DNA from: Malacoraja senta
Taxonomy: Eukaryota
Length of the DNA stretch: 64,000 nt
Direction: 5' to 3'
Assembly: GCA_038087875.1 (NCBI GenBank)
Contig: CM075987.1
Span: 28,088,001-28,152,000, forward strand
In this document: positions 1-13,000 of the stretch, one piece after another
Layout: the number at the start of each line of letters is the position of its first letter
How positions within the stretch are numbered: the stretch's first letter is position 1
Position numbers and translations under genes: made by a program
Notes under the pieces: model-generated
Database searches by the model: none
What the model was told of the DNA's origin: nothing
Seen by the model: only the letters and a program-made list of their open reading frames with translations

Positions 1-425
1 TGCTGAGCACTGTGACCGACATGGCATCATGTAGAAGCCTCAATATTCTGATGTCATGGCAATCGTACCTTGATAGTATGCTCCAAAGAGCCTGGTGGTC
101 TACCGAGTCAAAAGCCTTTGTCAGGTCGATGAAGGCCATGTACAAAGGCTGCCTTTGTTCACGGCATTTTTCCTGGAGTTGGCGTGCTGTGAATATCATG
201 TCTGCTGTACCTCTGGATGGGCAGAAGCCACACTGTGATTCTGGGAGTACCACCGCAGACAGTGGTAGAAGTCGGCTTGCGAGGACACGAACAAGGACTT
301 TGCATGTTGTTGACAGGAGCGAGATGCCCCTGTGGTTTCCTCATTCAGCCTTGTCCCCTTCTTGAAAATGGTCACTATTAGAGCATCCGTGAGTTCTGAG
401 GAAAGTTCTTCTTTTTACCAGACCT
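1..425 (-). mobile_element. RTE (BovB-like) LINE reverse transcriptase fragment
   Basis: The minus strand reads QCGFCPSRGTADMIFTARQLQEKCREQRQPLYMAFIDLTKAFDSV. Confidence 0.85.
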
Positions 426-1559
426 TGTACATTTCCCAGACCTAGTCCAACTAGTAACAATGCACATAAAAAGGAGTAAAATTACATATTATTGTAAGAG
501 TTGGTAAGTATGATGATTCTGTTTTAGAATAATGCAGCATTAACAATAGCTGAGGGAAAGTTATAGATAGTAAATGTCAGGTTAAAAATGTAAAATAAAA
601 TGTAAGACCTAATAGAACAACTTGCAGAATTTGAATTAACATTGTGAAAAAGATTGCAAAAAGGATTTTAATACCCAGCAGTAAACGTTCTACAAAAACA
701 TTCTTTATTTTTCCTAGAGAAGTTTGAAACTTTATCTAAACCATGCCTGAGGGCAAAACATTTACAGTGGAGCCCTAAAATCTGGTAAAATGAAATTGTA
801 TTTTCTCCTTTTGTGTAATCTTTCAGGCAAATAAAAGTAAAGACAACAATGTATAAATTTAACATCATTTCTCAAATTAAAATCTATTAGATCCTTTAAC
901 ATATATGCTGAAAGTCCTTTTTGAAACAACATTCTTTCCTTCATTTATGTTAACTTTTATGTTTTTTATGTGGTTGTGTCTTGTTGCTTTTCACTGAGTA
1001 TGGCTGTACGGTGAACCTTGATGACCATATAAATAGAGTATTTTGCTATCTTCTGTGCCATTGTAATGTGCTATAAAATAATATTTTGCTCATTGTTCAT
1101 TCAGTTCCATACTGTTTTTTCCATTTAATTCCATTCATTACATTGGCCATAACCATGTTAGCGTGATGATTTGATGCATGAATTTTCTGGCACTGAAAAG
1201 CCTTGTGGAGGAATTGAAAGGCATTCATCCAAGGAGATTATATGGGAAGTCCCCTTCCAATGAAGGTCCACAAGTTTTAGGTGGACGCACCTCAAAGGAG
1301 TCTCCTTTGTAGGAGCCTCTCCTCTGACAAATATTTGCTACTTCACCATTCTGCTACAAAGCTTCTGCATGTTCCATAGGGATGTGTCGGCTAAGTTCAG
1401 AAACCACATAACCAGATGTATATGTGGTAAACCATTTTTTTTAAGCATCTGTAATATCCCAGTCCTGTTCCTGGATCTGCCTGTTATGATGGTACTGCGA
1501 CCCTACAGGTAATTCATACTGTCTCGACTCTAGGGACTAGCAGTGATCTTGACAGGGTT

Positions 1560-3250
1560 ATTGGTTTATTATTGTCACGTCTATCAAGATAGTGAAAACT
1601 TTTGTTTTCTTGCTATCCAGTCATATCATACCATACACGAGTACAATCAGACGATATGCAAGTACAACTGATAGTGCAAAGGGAAAAATACCAGAGTATA
1701 ATGTTATAGCATTATAGCGTTACAGTTACAGAGAAAGTGCAGAAAAAAGTGAAAGGTCCTTGATGAGGTAGGTTGGAAGATTGGGTCTACATCCTAGATC
1801 CTAGATTATGGGAGGACTATTCAGTAGTCCGATAACAGCGGGAAAGGAGCTGTTCTAGATTCTGGTGGTATGTGTTTTCAAGCTTTTGTATTATCTGCCT
1901 GGCCCCATAGCAGAAGCGTCCACGTCGCGGGGCTGGAAACTGGAAGTATCCCGAGCTAATTCTGCTACCACCATGTATTGCAACAAGTAATGGCTCCCAC
2001 TGATTGTCGCCGGAAGCTTGCGTCCTTTTCAGGACGGACGATTACAGCGATGTCAACATTTGGAACATGGAACATGGACACAAAAGAAGATTATCTGGCC
2101 AATGGGAGAGGAGAGAAAAGGGGAATAGTCCTTGATTATGTTGACTGCTTTCCCGAGGCAGCATGGTGTAGATGTAGTCTGTTGGAGCACAGGGGGTGGT
2201 GGTGGGGGTGAGGCTTGTTTGTGTGATGTAATTGGGCTACATCTACAACTCTCTGCAATTATCTCTCCTATTTCTTGAGGAGAGCTATTGCTAAACCAAG
2301 CTGTGATACATCCCAATGTGATGCTTTCTAGGGTGACTCTGTTGGTCGGTAAGAGTTGTTGGAGACTTGCCAAACTTCCTTAGTCTTCTGAGGAAGTAGA
2401 GGCATTAGTTCCTTTCTTTCCTCTAGCATGAGTGTGGTTAGTCTCAAACAAATTATTTGTGATACTTACACCCAGGAACTCGAAGCTCTCAACCATCTCC
2501 ACTTTGGCACTACTGATGTTAACATGGGCGTGTACATCATCTTGCTTCCTGAAATCAATAACTAGCTCCTTCATCTAGCTGACATTGAGGGAGAGGTTGT
2601 TGTTTTTACACCATGTCATTAGGCTCTCTATCTCCTTCCTCCTTTTGTCATTGTTCGACATCTGCAAACTTGTAAATTACGTTAGAGTAAATTCAGCCAT
2701 ATAATAAGGGCTGAGAGTACATCCTTATGGGGCACCAGTGTTGAGAATTATCATGTTTTGTCACCTATTCACACTTTATTGTGGTCTATGAACAGGAAGT
2801 TGTGGATCCAGTTGCAGAGGAGGTGATGAGTCCTCAGTCCAGGAGTTTGGAGATGAGTTTGATTGGGATTATGTTGTCGAATTATTAAATAGGAGTCTGA
2901 CAAAGCTGTCCTTATTCAGCAATGCGTGTATGGCGAGGGTGCTGGCGTTAGCCGTGGACCTATAGCGACAAAAAACAACTGCAGTGGATCAAAGTGTCAC
3001 GGAGGTTGGAGTCAATGTGCACCATGACCATCCTCTTGAAGCACATCACGGTGGATGCCAGAGCCACTGGATGGTGGTCATTAACACACACTTCTTTGCT
3101 TTTCTTTGGCCCCTGAATGATAATGGTCTTCTTAAATCAGGTGGAATCCTCTGAATGTAGCAAGGAGAGGTTAAAGATGTCTGTGAATACCCCTGCTAGC
3201 TGGTCCGCAGAGTTCCCGAGTACATGGTTGGTTAGTGCGACAGATGGATG
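1560..3250 (-). mobile_element. Degenerate Rex1/Babar (L2-like) LINE fragment(s)
   Basis: KELVIDFRK, FEFLGVSITNNL and LESITLGCITAWF motifs; 3' end near 1560; boundaries approximate. Confidence 0.7.
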
Positions 3251-4001
3251 CCTTCTTTAGAACCTAGCACGTAGTAAAGGAAAAATGAAGCTATCATTTC
3301 ATATAATTTCTGAAAATTCATATCATACTGAAACTCTGCTTTTCAGACCAAAATTTGTGAAAATATTACACTCCAATACACCTTTGTGAGTCACCTTCAA
3401 TACAGCACCTTGTCGAAGGCCTTTTGAAAATCCTACTGCTTCCCATTGTCCACCCTTTGATTACATATTCAAAAAATCTACTGAATCTAACAAACTCTGT
3501 TTCCCTTTCTTTCCATCTAACTCAGCTGAATTATATTACAAATTATTAGATATCTTATTACTATTTGCTAATGAACAATTCCAGCAGTTTTCCCGAGATA
3601 GATAATTAGCTGTCCTGTAGTTCCCTGCTTGCTCTCCATCCTTTCTTGAGTTGTAATTTTCCAATCATCTGGGGTTGTGACAAAATGTAGGGAATTTTGA
3701 ATGAGCATTGTTTCTGATGATACATCCTATAGAACTGTGAGATTCTATAAAGGTCAGGCTATCTAGCCCAGGTTCAATTACTTTAAGATCCTAAATCAAT
3801 GAGCTTCCTCGTATAAGCATGTAAGAATTGGCGATCAATGCATATGATTGATTAGTATTAAGTTACATTTGTAACTCTTCAATTAGTGGGTAATACATGC
3901 CTGCCTGTAGCAGGACCCTGATATTTTGTCTTGGCCCATTGTTGCACATCATCTTCAGCAAGGTTCCCATTGGAATGGAATTAATTTACTGTTCAACCTA
4001 G

Positions 4002-4043
4002 GTCACATTCACTCCAGAATCATGTCATCCCACCCGTCAGTCA
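4002..4043 (+). CDS. Exon, 42 nt, phase 2-2: SHSLQNHVIPPVS
   Basis: ttcaacctag|G...CA|gtaagc. Confidence 0.55.
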
Positions 4044-7000
4044 GTAAGCTGCAGTATGAAGACATTGTTTGCCCATGCACCACAACATTGACTCATTCAC
4101 TAGAGTTACATGGAAGAGTCTTACACTTGACACCTGCAAATCAATACAGTGTATACCACTGCACCCCAACTGACAAGATATGTTCATGATATCTCTCTTT
4201 AACACTTAGATTGCTTAATTTCAAGGGAGTTCCTCTTAATGATAGTAGTTATCACCGTGTTCTGTGCACTAACACAGCCCATGTAAAAAAGCTTTGCACA
4301 TCGCCTTTAAACTTTTCCCCTCTAACCTGAAAGCTATGCCCTCTATACTTTGACATTTCCACCCTGGGAATACTATCTACTCTATGTCTCTCCTAATTTT
4401 AGACTTCTATCGCGTCTCCCGTCAACCTCTGACATCCCAGAGAAAACAAACCAAGTTTGCGCAACCTCCCCTTATTGCCCAAACCCTTAAATCCAGGCAG
4501 CATTCAACACTCTTTCTGCACCCTTTTCAAAGTCTCCACATCTTTCCTATAATGGGGTGACCAGAACTGCACACAAGACTGCAAACAGATCAGACCTATC
4601 AGGATTTTGAAGTTCATAGAACTTACTATTCTGAATCCTAGTGTATATATAAGAATGTCACGGTGGCACAGCTAATCAAACTGCTGTTTAACAGTGTAGG
4701 AAGGAACAGCAGATGCTGGTTTAAACTGAAGATAGACACAAAAAGTTGGAGTAACTCAGCGGGACAGGCAGCATCTCTGAAGTGTTCCCATGTCTCTGTA
4801 AAAATATTGGTGACGTTTCGGGTTGAGACCAGGGTCTATCTGCTGTTTAACAGTGCCAGAGGGCAGGTTTAAGGAAGGCAAATGGCCTACAGTGCTCCTA
4901 ATTTATATGTTTGTATGTACATTCCTGCATCTATTGTATCAGGTGACTAATTAACAAGTAATCCTAATTTCTTCACCATTATTTGGTTCTCTGAATTGTT
5001 TGAGAGGCAGGATGTTAAGGAAGCATCCCTGATGTGAAGAACTCACCTTTAATGAGGTGGAGACCATGGAGCTCTTATTGATGTACTCTGCTTTAGCTGC
5101 AGAAAATTTGTAGCACAAGCATTAATTTATGGTCGCAGATTTTCATAGTTAAAGCGGCATTTCTATAAAACAGCAAAATGACATAATCTTAATAAATTAC
5201 TCCATTGCTTGAATATCAAGGGGCATGCATCACCCATGTTCAGTCTTTATCATTCTTTGCTATATTACCATTGTAGCATTGGGAGTCAAAGAAGATGAGA
5301 TAAGATCACGTTTATCAATCACTTGAGGATGACTGATAAAGATAATCTTGAGGAAGATGTTGTTGAAAACAAGACTAAACAATAAAATCATACCCCTTAT
5401 AACCTTCTCAAAATGATTGACTAGAATTGGAATCTGTATGAATGGTTTTAGTAAAACCAACATTTGATGGATAAGGTGAATTTTGTGAGGGAATGAAGGG
5501 AGTAGCACTAAGAAAGGTTGTAGCTAAACACTTGGACAAACAAAAGATTCAATTGATAGTCAAAAGAAAGGAAGAAACTTAAACAGAAAACTACCATCCA
5601 TGATGGTTTCCTTCTAGTACAAATGTTAAGTTATGGTTGCAGACTTTCATGGTTGTAGCAGCATTTATATAAAACAACACAATGACATTCTGTCCCACAT
5701 TCCGTTACCCGTATGCAGTGACCCACAAGAGCTTCATCTCAACTCACAAAAGGTTATAGTTTTACATATGCAACTAAACTGCACTGAACTGATCTGTGAA
5801 CGTTCGAGATGACTGGCATTTCTGTGCTGTTTATGTCTTGGAAGTCTGAGGGGCACATTCCTATAATTTGAACTAGACTAATTGGGACCCGTTGGGTCCC
5901 ATGTTCACACGGGAGGGCTGGTCCCCCAACGCAATATTCCACCTCTCCACCAATTCCAATATTGGTGGCCAGTGGGGGGGGGGGGGGGGGCTTTCTGGAG
6001 CGCTAGTATGGGTGTTGTGGGCCGAAGGGACTGGTTTCCAGAGGGCTAGTATGGACATTGTGGGCCAAATGGATTCTTGGGCTGGCAGCTCAGTCACTCA
6101 GGGCTGGTGGACTGGCAGCTCAGTCACTCGGGGCTGGTGGGCTGGCAGATCAGTCACTCAGGGCTGGTGGGCTGGCAGTTCACTCACGGCTATTCCTTGA
6201 AATTCCATTTCAAGCAGAGTGCAGGCCACCAAATTCAATTTCATAGCATTTCAAGCAGCATGCAGGCCACCAAATTCAATTTCACAGCATTTCAAGCAGA
6301 GTGCAGGCTACCAATTCATTTCATTTCAAGCAGCGTTCAGTTCACTCACGGCGTAGACTCACATTTCTGGACTCAACTCTCACTCGCAGTCTTCCAGGGT
6401 GACTGACTCACGTCCGGCCTCCGGGGCTTTATACTCCTGGGCCCCCAGTAGGGCCGTTACCTTCATCATGGTAATTGACAGGTGAGAGGACCAATCAGCT
6501 GATCTCAAGATTTTTGAAACATTCATAACTTTTTTTTTTTTCATCGATCGGAAAATTCCTTGCGGCTGCCTCAGCGGAAGAGGACTGTGAGTAAGATGGC
6601 CAAAAATCATAGCGATATATGGTAGCGTATTTTCTAAAACCAATATACAGGGCAGACAGGAAGTGGTCAAGATGAGACTTTTAGTTATATAGATTATTCG
6701 GTGGAAATTTAGTTTTCTGGCAAAGATGAGCTAGGGAAGCAAATGTGCTGATATTCTAAGAAAAGGAAGCATGTTTAACCCCCTCTGCATCATTACCATC
6801 CTTATTGAGTTAGACATAATGATCACAATGTCATGCTGCAAATAAAATAAATGATTTCTTCCTGTTTCCATCAACTTGCTAATTGAAGTCATCATTTTCT
6901 ATCCAAATTTTGCAGTTATTAGAAGCCTAATCAATATGTCTATGTATCTGATTTAGGTATAACCAATAACAAGATTATGAACCATATTAGTGAATACACA

Positions 7001-10000
7001 CCTTTAGTGTCAAAGCTTTGAGCTTTGAGAACTAGCATGAAGCCTTTTATTTCTGTCTTCTTTAGCTCGAATGATGAGATAGCATTTTTTTCTGGTGGAT
7101 CCCTCACAGGGCCTAGAAAAAGGACAAATGGGTGAAGATAAATTATCATCATCCACTATGATGTAAGCAGTGACATGAAGAATGATGATATTGAGGATGA
7201 GCATAATGAAGCAAGATTTGGCATGAGCTCCTACCATATATGCCTCTGTCTTAACTCCTTACACAGCAGATTGGTGGTTGCTTGCATTCTCAGAACCTTA
7301 GATTAACTGAGATAATTTTATCTGAGGAGAATTAGTGTCAGTGAGAATGTATGCGGGAAGCAATAATTCTTTTTCTAAAAGCTTATCAAGAAGAGACCAA
7401 AATAATAATGGGTCAACTTCCCAATGGAAATTGAAGCTACTCAAATCTTTAGAATTCCAGCAATCAAAGTGTGTGAACTCTCACATAGATGTGCAATTTC
7501 CATGTAATTTTCTTGACAGAAAGATATTGCATCGCATCGATTGAAGTGTTCCCATGTCTCTGTAAAAATATATTACAAAAAAACAGCTGTGACTTCAGAT
7601 TCTTCAGTTCTCATTTGTTGGAATGTTAGAAGCCCTTTCTACCTTCTAGGCAATGGTGAAGAGAAAATATTATTTTTGAATTATGCTTATATGGCTATTA
7701 TAGAATCAGCCCAGCACCGTTCAATGGACCTTCCTTTGTGAAACCTTACACTAGCATTTGTGCCAAGTAGTAACTTTTGCATTGTCATTCTGGGGAACTA
7801 AGATGCAGAGCTACAACTCAAGATTTCCCACAATCTGATTACGGCTATTACATTATCCAACTCATTGACCAATGGAGCCTAGACTCTAGTGGAATGTAAT
7901 GCATTCTGCATTATCCAAGCTGCATAAGGATACTATCTCTCAGGATATATTTGTTTCTTTGCTTAATCACATAAAGCACCCAGGAAGCAATGCAGCCAAT
8001 GCTTACATGTTAAGGCTTTATTATTAATGTATTTGTTTTTTTCATTATCTTATCAAATATCTTGGGAAATTAAAATGCACAATACTACTACATTTATCAT
8101 GTTTGAATTGAGTTCTCCTTGTAAGATTTGTAGAACACTTTCCCTTTAAAAGATCTTGAAGGCTGATGAAGCAAGGTGTTTCTTGTATAAAAGAATACGT
8201 AACATTTACTCCTTCATTCAACGTTTGATAGATTTTTGGATATTTCTGATATTTTTTTCAAATGTTACAAGCAACATTTTGTAAGAATGTTGTAATGATT
8301 AAAAAATATTATTTTACAGGAAAAGAACTTCACAGATGAGCTTTATAAAACTTGCTCTCATTTTCATTTTGTTTGTTGAATATGAATAAAGGAACTTGAT
8401 GTGAAAGAAAGTAGCCCTATTTACTCTGATAAATGGAAAGAGAACAACATAGTGTATAGATTTCGCTTGTATCTGAATCAGTTTAGCTATGACTGACAGG
8501 TGTGGTTCATATAAATTCTCACTCAATCCTAAATAAGATGAAAGCCCATGTTATTACAGGGAAAATACTAGTGTGGATAGAAGATTGGCTGAATGGCAGA
8601 AGGCAAAGAGTGGGAATAAAGGGGGCTTTTCCTGGCTGGATGCCAGTGACTAATGGTGTTCCATCGGTGTCTGTGCTGAGTCCGCTACTTTTCACATTGT
8701 ATATTAATGATTTGGATGATGGAATTGATGGTTTTGTGGCCAAGTTTGCAGATGATATGAAGATGGGTGGAGGGGCAGGTAGTGTAGAGCAGTGCTTCTT
8801 AAACTGGTGAATGGTTCACCCAAGGGTGAATGAAATTATTTGGGGGTGAATGGAACTAGAGGGGTGAATGAAGGGTGAATGACTTAATCTATTCAGATTT
8901 TTTTTTTTCTATACTTAAAAAAGGCATTGCCATTAAAGTGGTTAGTAAGCTCTTATTGGTTTTAATGGCAGTGGAGCTGGAAATATGATATGTTTTTTTC
9001 TCTCTACCTATGGTTTTCTAATTTCAAAGTAGCAGGATATTTCCCAAATTTACTGTAATATAATCTTTTAGGGAAGACCATGTTTTTTTTAGCTAGTTTT
9101 CCAAGAAAAAAACTGCAGTAATCAAAGCCCGAAAGGGTAGGATGGGGCTGAAGCTCAGTGTTTAGACGTTGGGATGGTTTTTTATCTAATCAAATGATTT
9201 TCCAACTCCAGTGGTAATTAAACTTCTTTTTTTTTTCCACTCCTAGTTTTCTTTACATATTTTTAGGACGTTCAAAAAGTTGAATAAAATAAACACTTAA
9301 GAAATTAGTTAATTTATGTTTTTTGCTCATGTGACAAAATAAATTATATATAAAATTATACACAAGGGAGAATAAGACAAAAATTACCAAAAAACATAAG
9401 AAAATTTAGTCGAGGGTGAATGAAATTTTGTGATAAAGTCTCAAGGGTGAATGACTGAAATAGTTTAAGAAGCACTGGTGCAGAGGGAAGCAGGGAGTCT
9501 GCAGAATGACTGGTTGGGAGAGTGGGCAAAGAAGTGACAGATGGAATACAGCAGAGCACTTAGGTAGCAGGAGTAAAGGCATAGACTATTTTCTAAATGG
9601 GGACAGGATTCAGAAATTGGAGGTGGAAAGGGAATTGGGAATGCTAGTTGAGGATTTCCAAAAGGTTAATTTGTTGTGGCTGTGGAGGCCAAGTCCTTGG
9701 GTATTTTTAAAGCACAGATTGACAGGTTCTTGATTAGTAAGGGTGTCAAGGGTTACGGCGAGAAGGCAGGAGAATGGCGTTGAGAGGGAAAGATAGATTC
9801 GCCATGATTGAATGGCGGAGTAGACTCGATGGGCCGAATGGCGTAATTCTGCTTCTAGTACATGAATTTATGAATCATTTCAGTGTGTGTGTAAAATCAT
9901 TTTGAATTAACTATTTAGATTTTGATAATCCATAAAATATATTTTAACTTGTTCTGTTTGCTATTTAGATTTTGCAGTTCTGTGCCTATTGATGACACAA

Positions 10001-13000
10001 TGTATTCAGACACTGATGGAGCAACTGACTACCGTCAGATTTACAGGTCAGTGCTAGTGGAAAAAAATGTGAAGTTACTTCGCAATGTGAAATGTCAGTG
10101 TTGAAAAATGTGCTCCCTAATTTATAAATATTAAAATGTTTTGAATATTATCTGAAACATCCGAAAAATCCAGAAGAAATTGTGCAGATTATGTCAATAC
10201 CACACAGCTGATAACAAGCAAATTTTAATTTTGGAAGGTTTTTTTGAATGTTAGAACCAAAATTATATTGACTTTGTTTTCTCCATGGTAATAGCTCAGA
10301 TCTCACCACCACCTTTTCAAGAGCAATTGGGGATGGGCAAGAAATGTTGACGGCACCCAGATCATAAAAATGAATTTAAATTATGGAGGTATAATTAAAA
10401 AGCAAAATTACATTACATTGTATGTGTCAAAGCTGTCAATGGCTTTGAAAAACATGGAGAGACATTCTTTAGCCAACAATTAAATAAAGGATTCATTATC
10501 CTCAAGAACATGATATAATCGCGGCATTTAAGAGGCTGTCAGATAGGCAGGTGGATCTGCAAGGAATGAAGGGATATCAATCACATGCGTGGAAAGGAGA
10601 TTAGTTTATCTTGACATTATATTCGGCATAGATATTATGGGCGAAAGGGACTATTCCTGTGTTTACCTATTTTCTTTTTATATTTGGTGTAGTACAGGCA
10701 GGTAGAAGTTGGTGGTAAAGGTGATAAAATTGACCAATTCTGCATGCGTGCAGGAAGCAGCACAGATGCAGTTGTCGATTTAATGGAGAAAGAGATGGTG
10801 GTGTATGCCGGATTAGGCTCGATACAAGGATTGCTTCACGTAGCCAACACAATGACATGTGTAGCTAGAGCCCATGTGGAGTGCCCGTGACTACTCGTTT
10901 AGTTTATTATTGTCACATGTACCGGTGTACAGCAAAAAGCTTTGGTTTGCGTGCTATCCAGTCAGTCGAGCTACTGCTGTTATTTGTCTCTGAGAGACCA
11001 TCTCCCCAATAGTATCCAAATTGGTTTACCTGTTTGAAAGGGAGATAGCCACAGGAGACTTTGACACAAACTGCCAGCCTTTCCTGGTGGTCACCTGTCT
11101 AACTGGCTGAACCTTTGGTGTTGCCATCACCCTGAAACTATTGCCTACAACTCTCTCTGCCTCCTGTATGGTCCTCAATGTGTCCAACTGCCGCTCCAAC
11201 CAATCCATGTGGTCTGAGATGAGCTGCAGCTGAACACATTTCTTACAGATATAGTCGTGAGGACACTTGACTGCTCCTAGATTGGCGACATTGGACAGGA
11301 TGAGCATACCACTCCACTAAATGCCCCTATAAAACAAAATATAAATCTAGTGGATTTAAGGATAAGTAAACCCTCAACACCTTACCTTGATTTTGTGTGC
11401 CCTTCTCACCGAAGCCTGGTTTTCACCAAACCTTACATTTTGATCTACTAGCAAGCAGTCCTCTTAAAATGAACACGCTGCAAGATTCTGATTCTCTTTC
11501 AGTTGTTGCTCAGGCTGTTGGGCCTGAAAAACATATATATATATATATATATACACACATCAGTAATTATAGAAACATAGAAAATAGGTGCAGGAGTAGA
11601 CCATTCGGCCCTTCGAGCCAGCACCGCCATTTCAATATGATCATGGCTGATCATCCAAAATCAGTACCCTGTTCCTGCTTTTCCCCCCATATCCCTTGAT
11701 TCTGTTAGCCCCGAGAGCTAAATCTAACTCTCTCTTGAAAACATCCAGTGAATTGGCCTCCACTGTCTTCTCTGGCAGAGAATTCCACAGATTTACAACT
11801 CTCTGGGTGAAAACATTTTTCCTCATCTCAATCCTAAATGGCTTACCCATTATTTTTAAACTGTGACCTCTGGTTCTGGACCCCTCCAACATCGGGAACA
11901 TGTTTGGGGTCAAAGACATTTTGAAAGTCCAGATGCACCATATCCACTGGCTCTCCCTTATCCATTCTACTTGTTACATCCTCAAAAAATTCCAGAAGAT
12001 TAGTCAAGCATGATTTCCCCTTCATAAATCCATGCTCGCTTTGACCGATCCCGTCACTGCTTACCAAATACACTGTTATTACATCTTTAATAATCAACTC
12101 AAGTATCTTCCCCACTACCGATGCATGGTTAACTGGTCTATAATTCCCCATTTTCTCTCTACCTCCTTTCTTAAAATGTGGGGTTACATTAGCTACCCTC
12201 AAGTCCACAGGAACTGATCCAGAATCTATAGAACATTGGAAAATGATCCCAAATGCATCCCCGATTTCTAAGGCCACCTCCTTGAGTACTCTGGGATGCA
12301 GACCATCAGGCCCTGAGGATTTATCTGCCTTCAGTCCCAACAGTTTACTTAACACCATTTCCTGACTAATGTGGATTCCCTTCAGTTCCTCCCTCCCACT
12401 AGATCCTTGATCCCCTAGTATTTCTGGGAGTTTGTTTGCATCTTCCTTAGTAAAGACAGAACCAAAATACTTGTTTAACTGTCTGCTATTTCCTTGTTTC
12501 CCATTATAAATTCACCTGTTTCTGACTGTAAGGGACCTACATTTCTCTTCACTAATCTTTTCCTCTTCACATATCTAAAGAAGCTTTACGCCAGACAGGG
12601 ATGAACAATTGTTGTAGTTCATCTACGCGATCTTTAAATCTTTGCCATTGCAACTTCACCGTCAACCCTTTAAGTATCATTTGCCAGTCTATCCTAGCCA
12701 ATTCCCGTCTCATAACATCAAAAGGAATTAGAAAGAATTATGTATTCTTTCTCAGATCAGCTGTACATGCTTTATGCATTTTGTACGCATAATACATCAT
12801 GTTTTCCCTTTTCATCTTTTAGTTCTGGGCCTCGTGACGAATATCCATTTGAAGAAAAAGATAATGGAGACACCAGCACAACAATGCATAGGTCAGGGTA
12901 ACTGGGTTTGTACCTCATGGAGAGTTAGGGTGTCCATTTGCACCCTACAGTGAATTTATTAATTTCTAAGGATTCAAAAATGGGTTGTGTTCTTCTGAAT

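Noticed and set aside
1446..1508. 63-nt phase-2-compatible segment (ICNIPVLFLDLPVMMVLRPY); also 440-475 (PSPTSNNAHKK)
   Set aside because: An AAG acceptor and a gtaaaa donor respectively are weak, and there is no paralog support. Possible upstream exons, but not supportable here.
6078..6335. Regularly spaced repeats resembling a CRISPR array
   Set aside because: Tandem units without unique spacers, in a eukaryotic context with no cas genes.
5892..6406. Repetitive ORFs (GWWAGSSVTQ and similar)
   Set aside because: Translation of the Helitron minisatellite.
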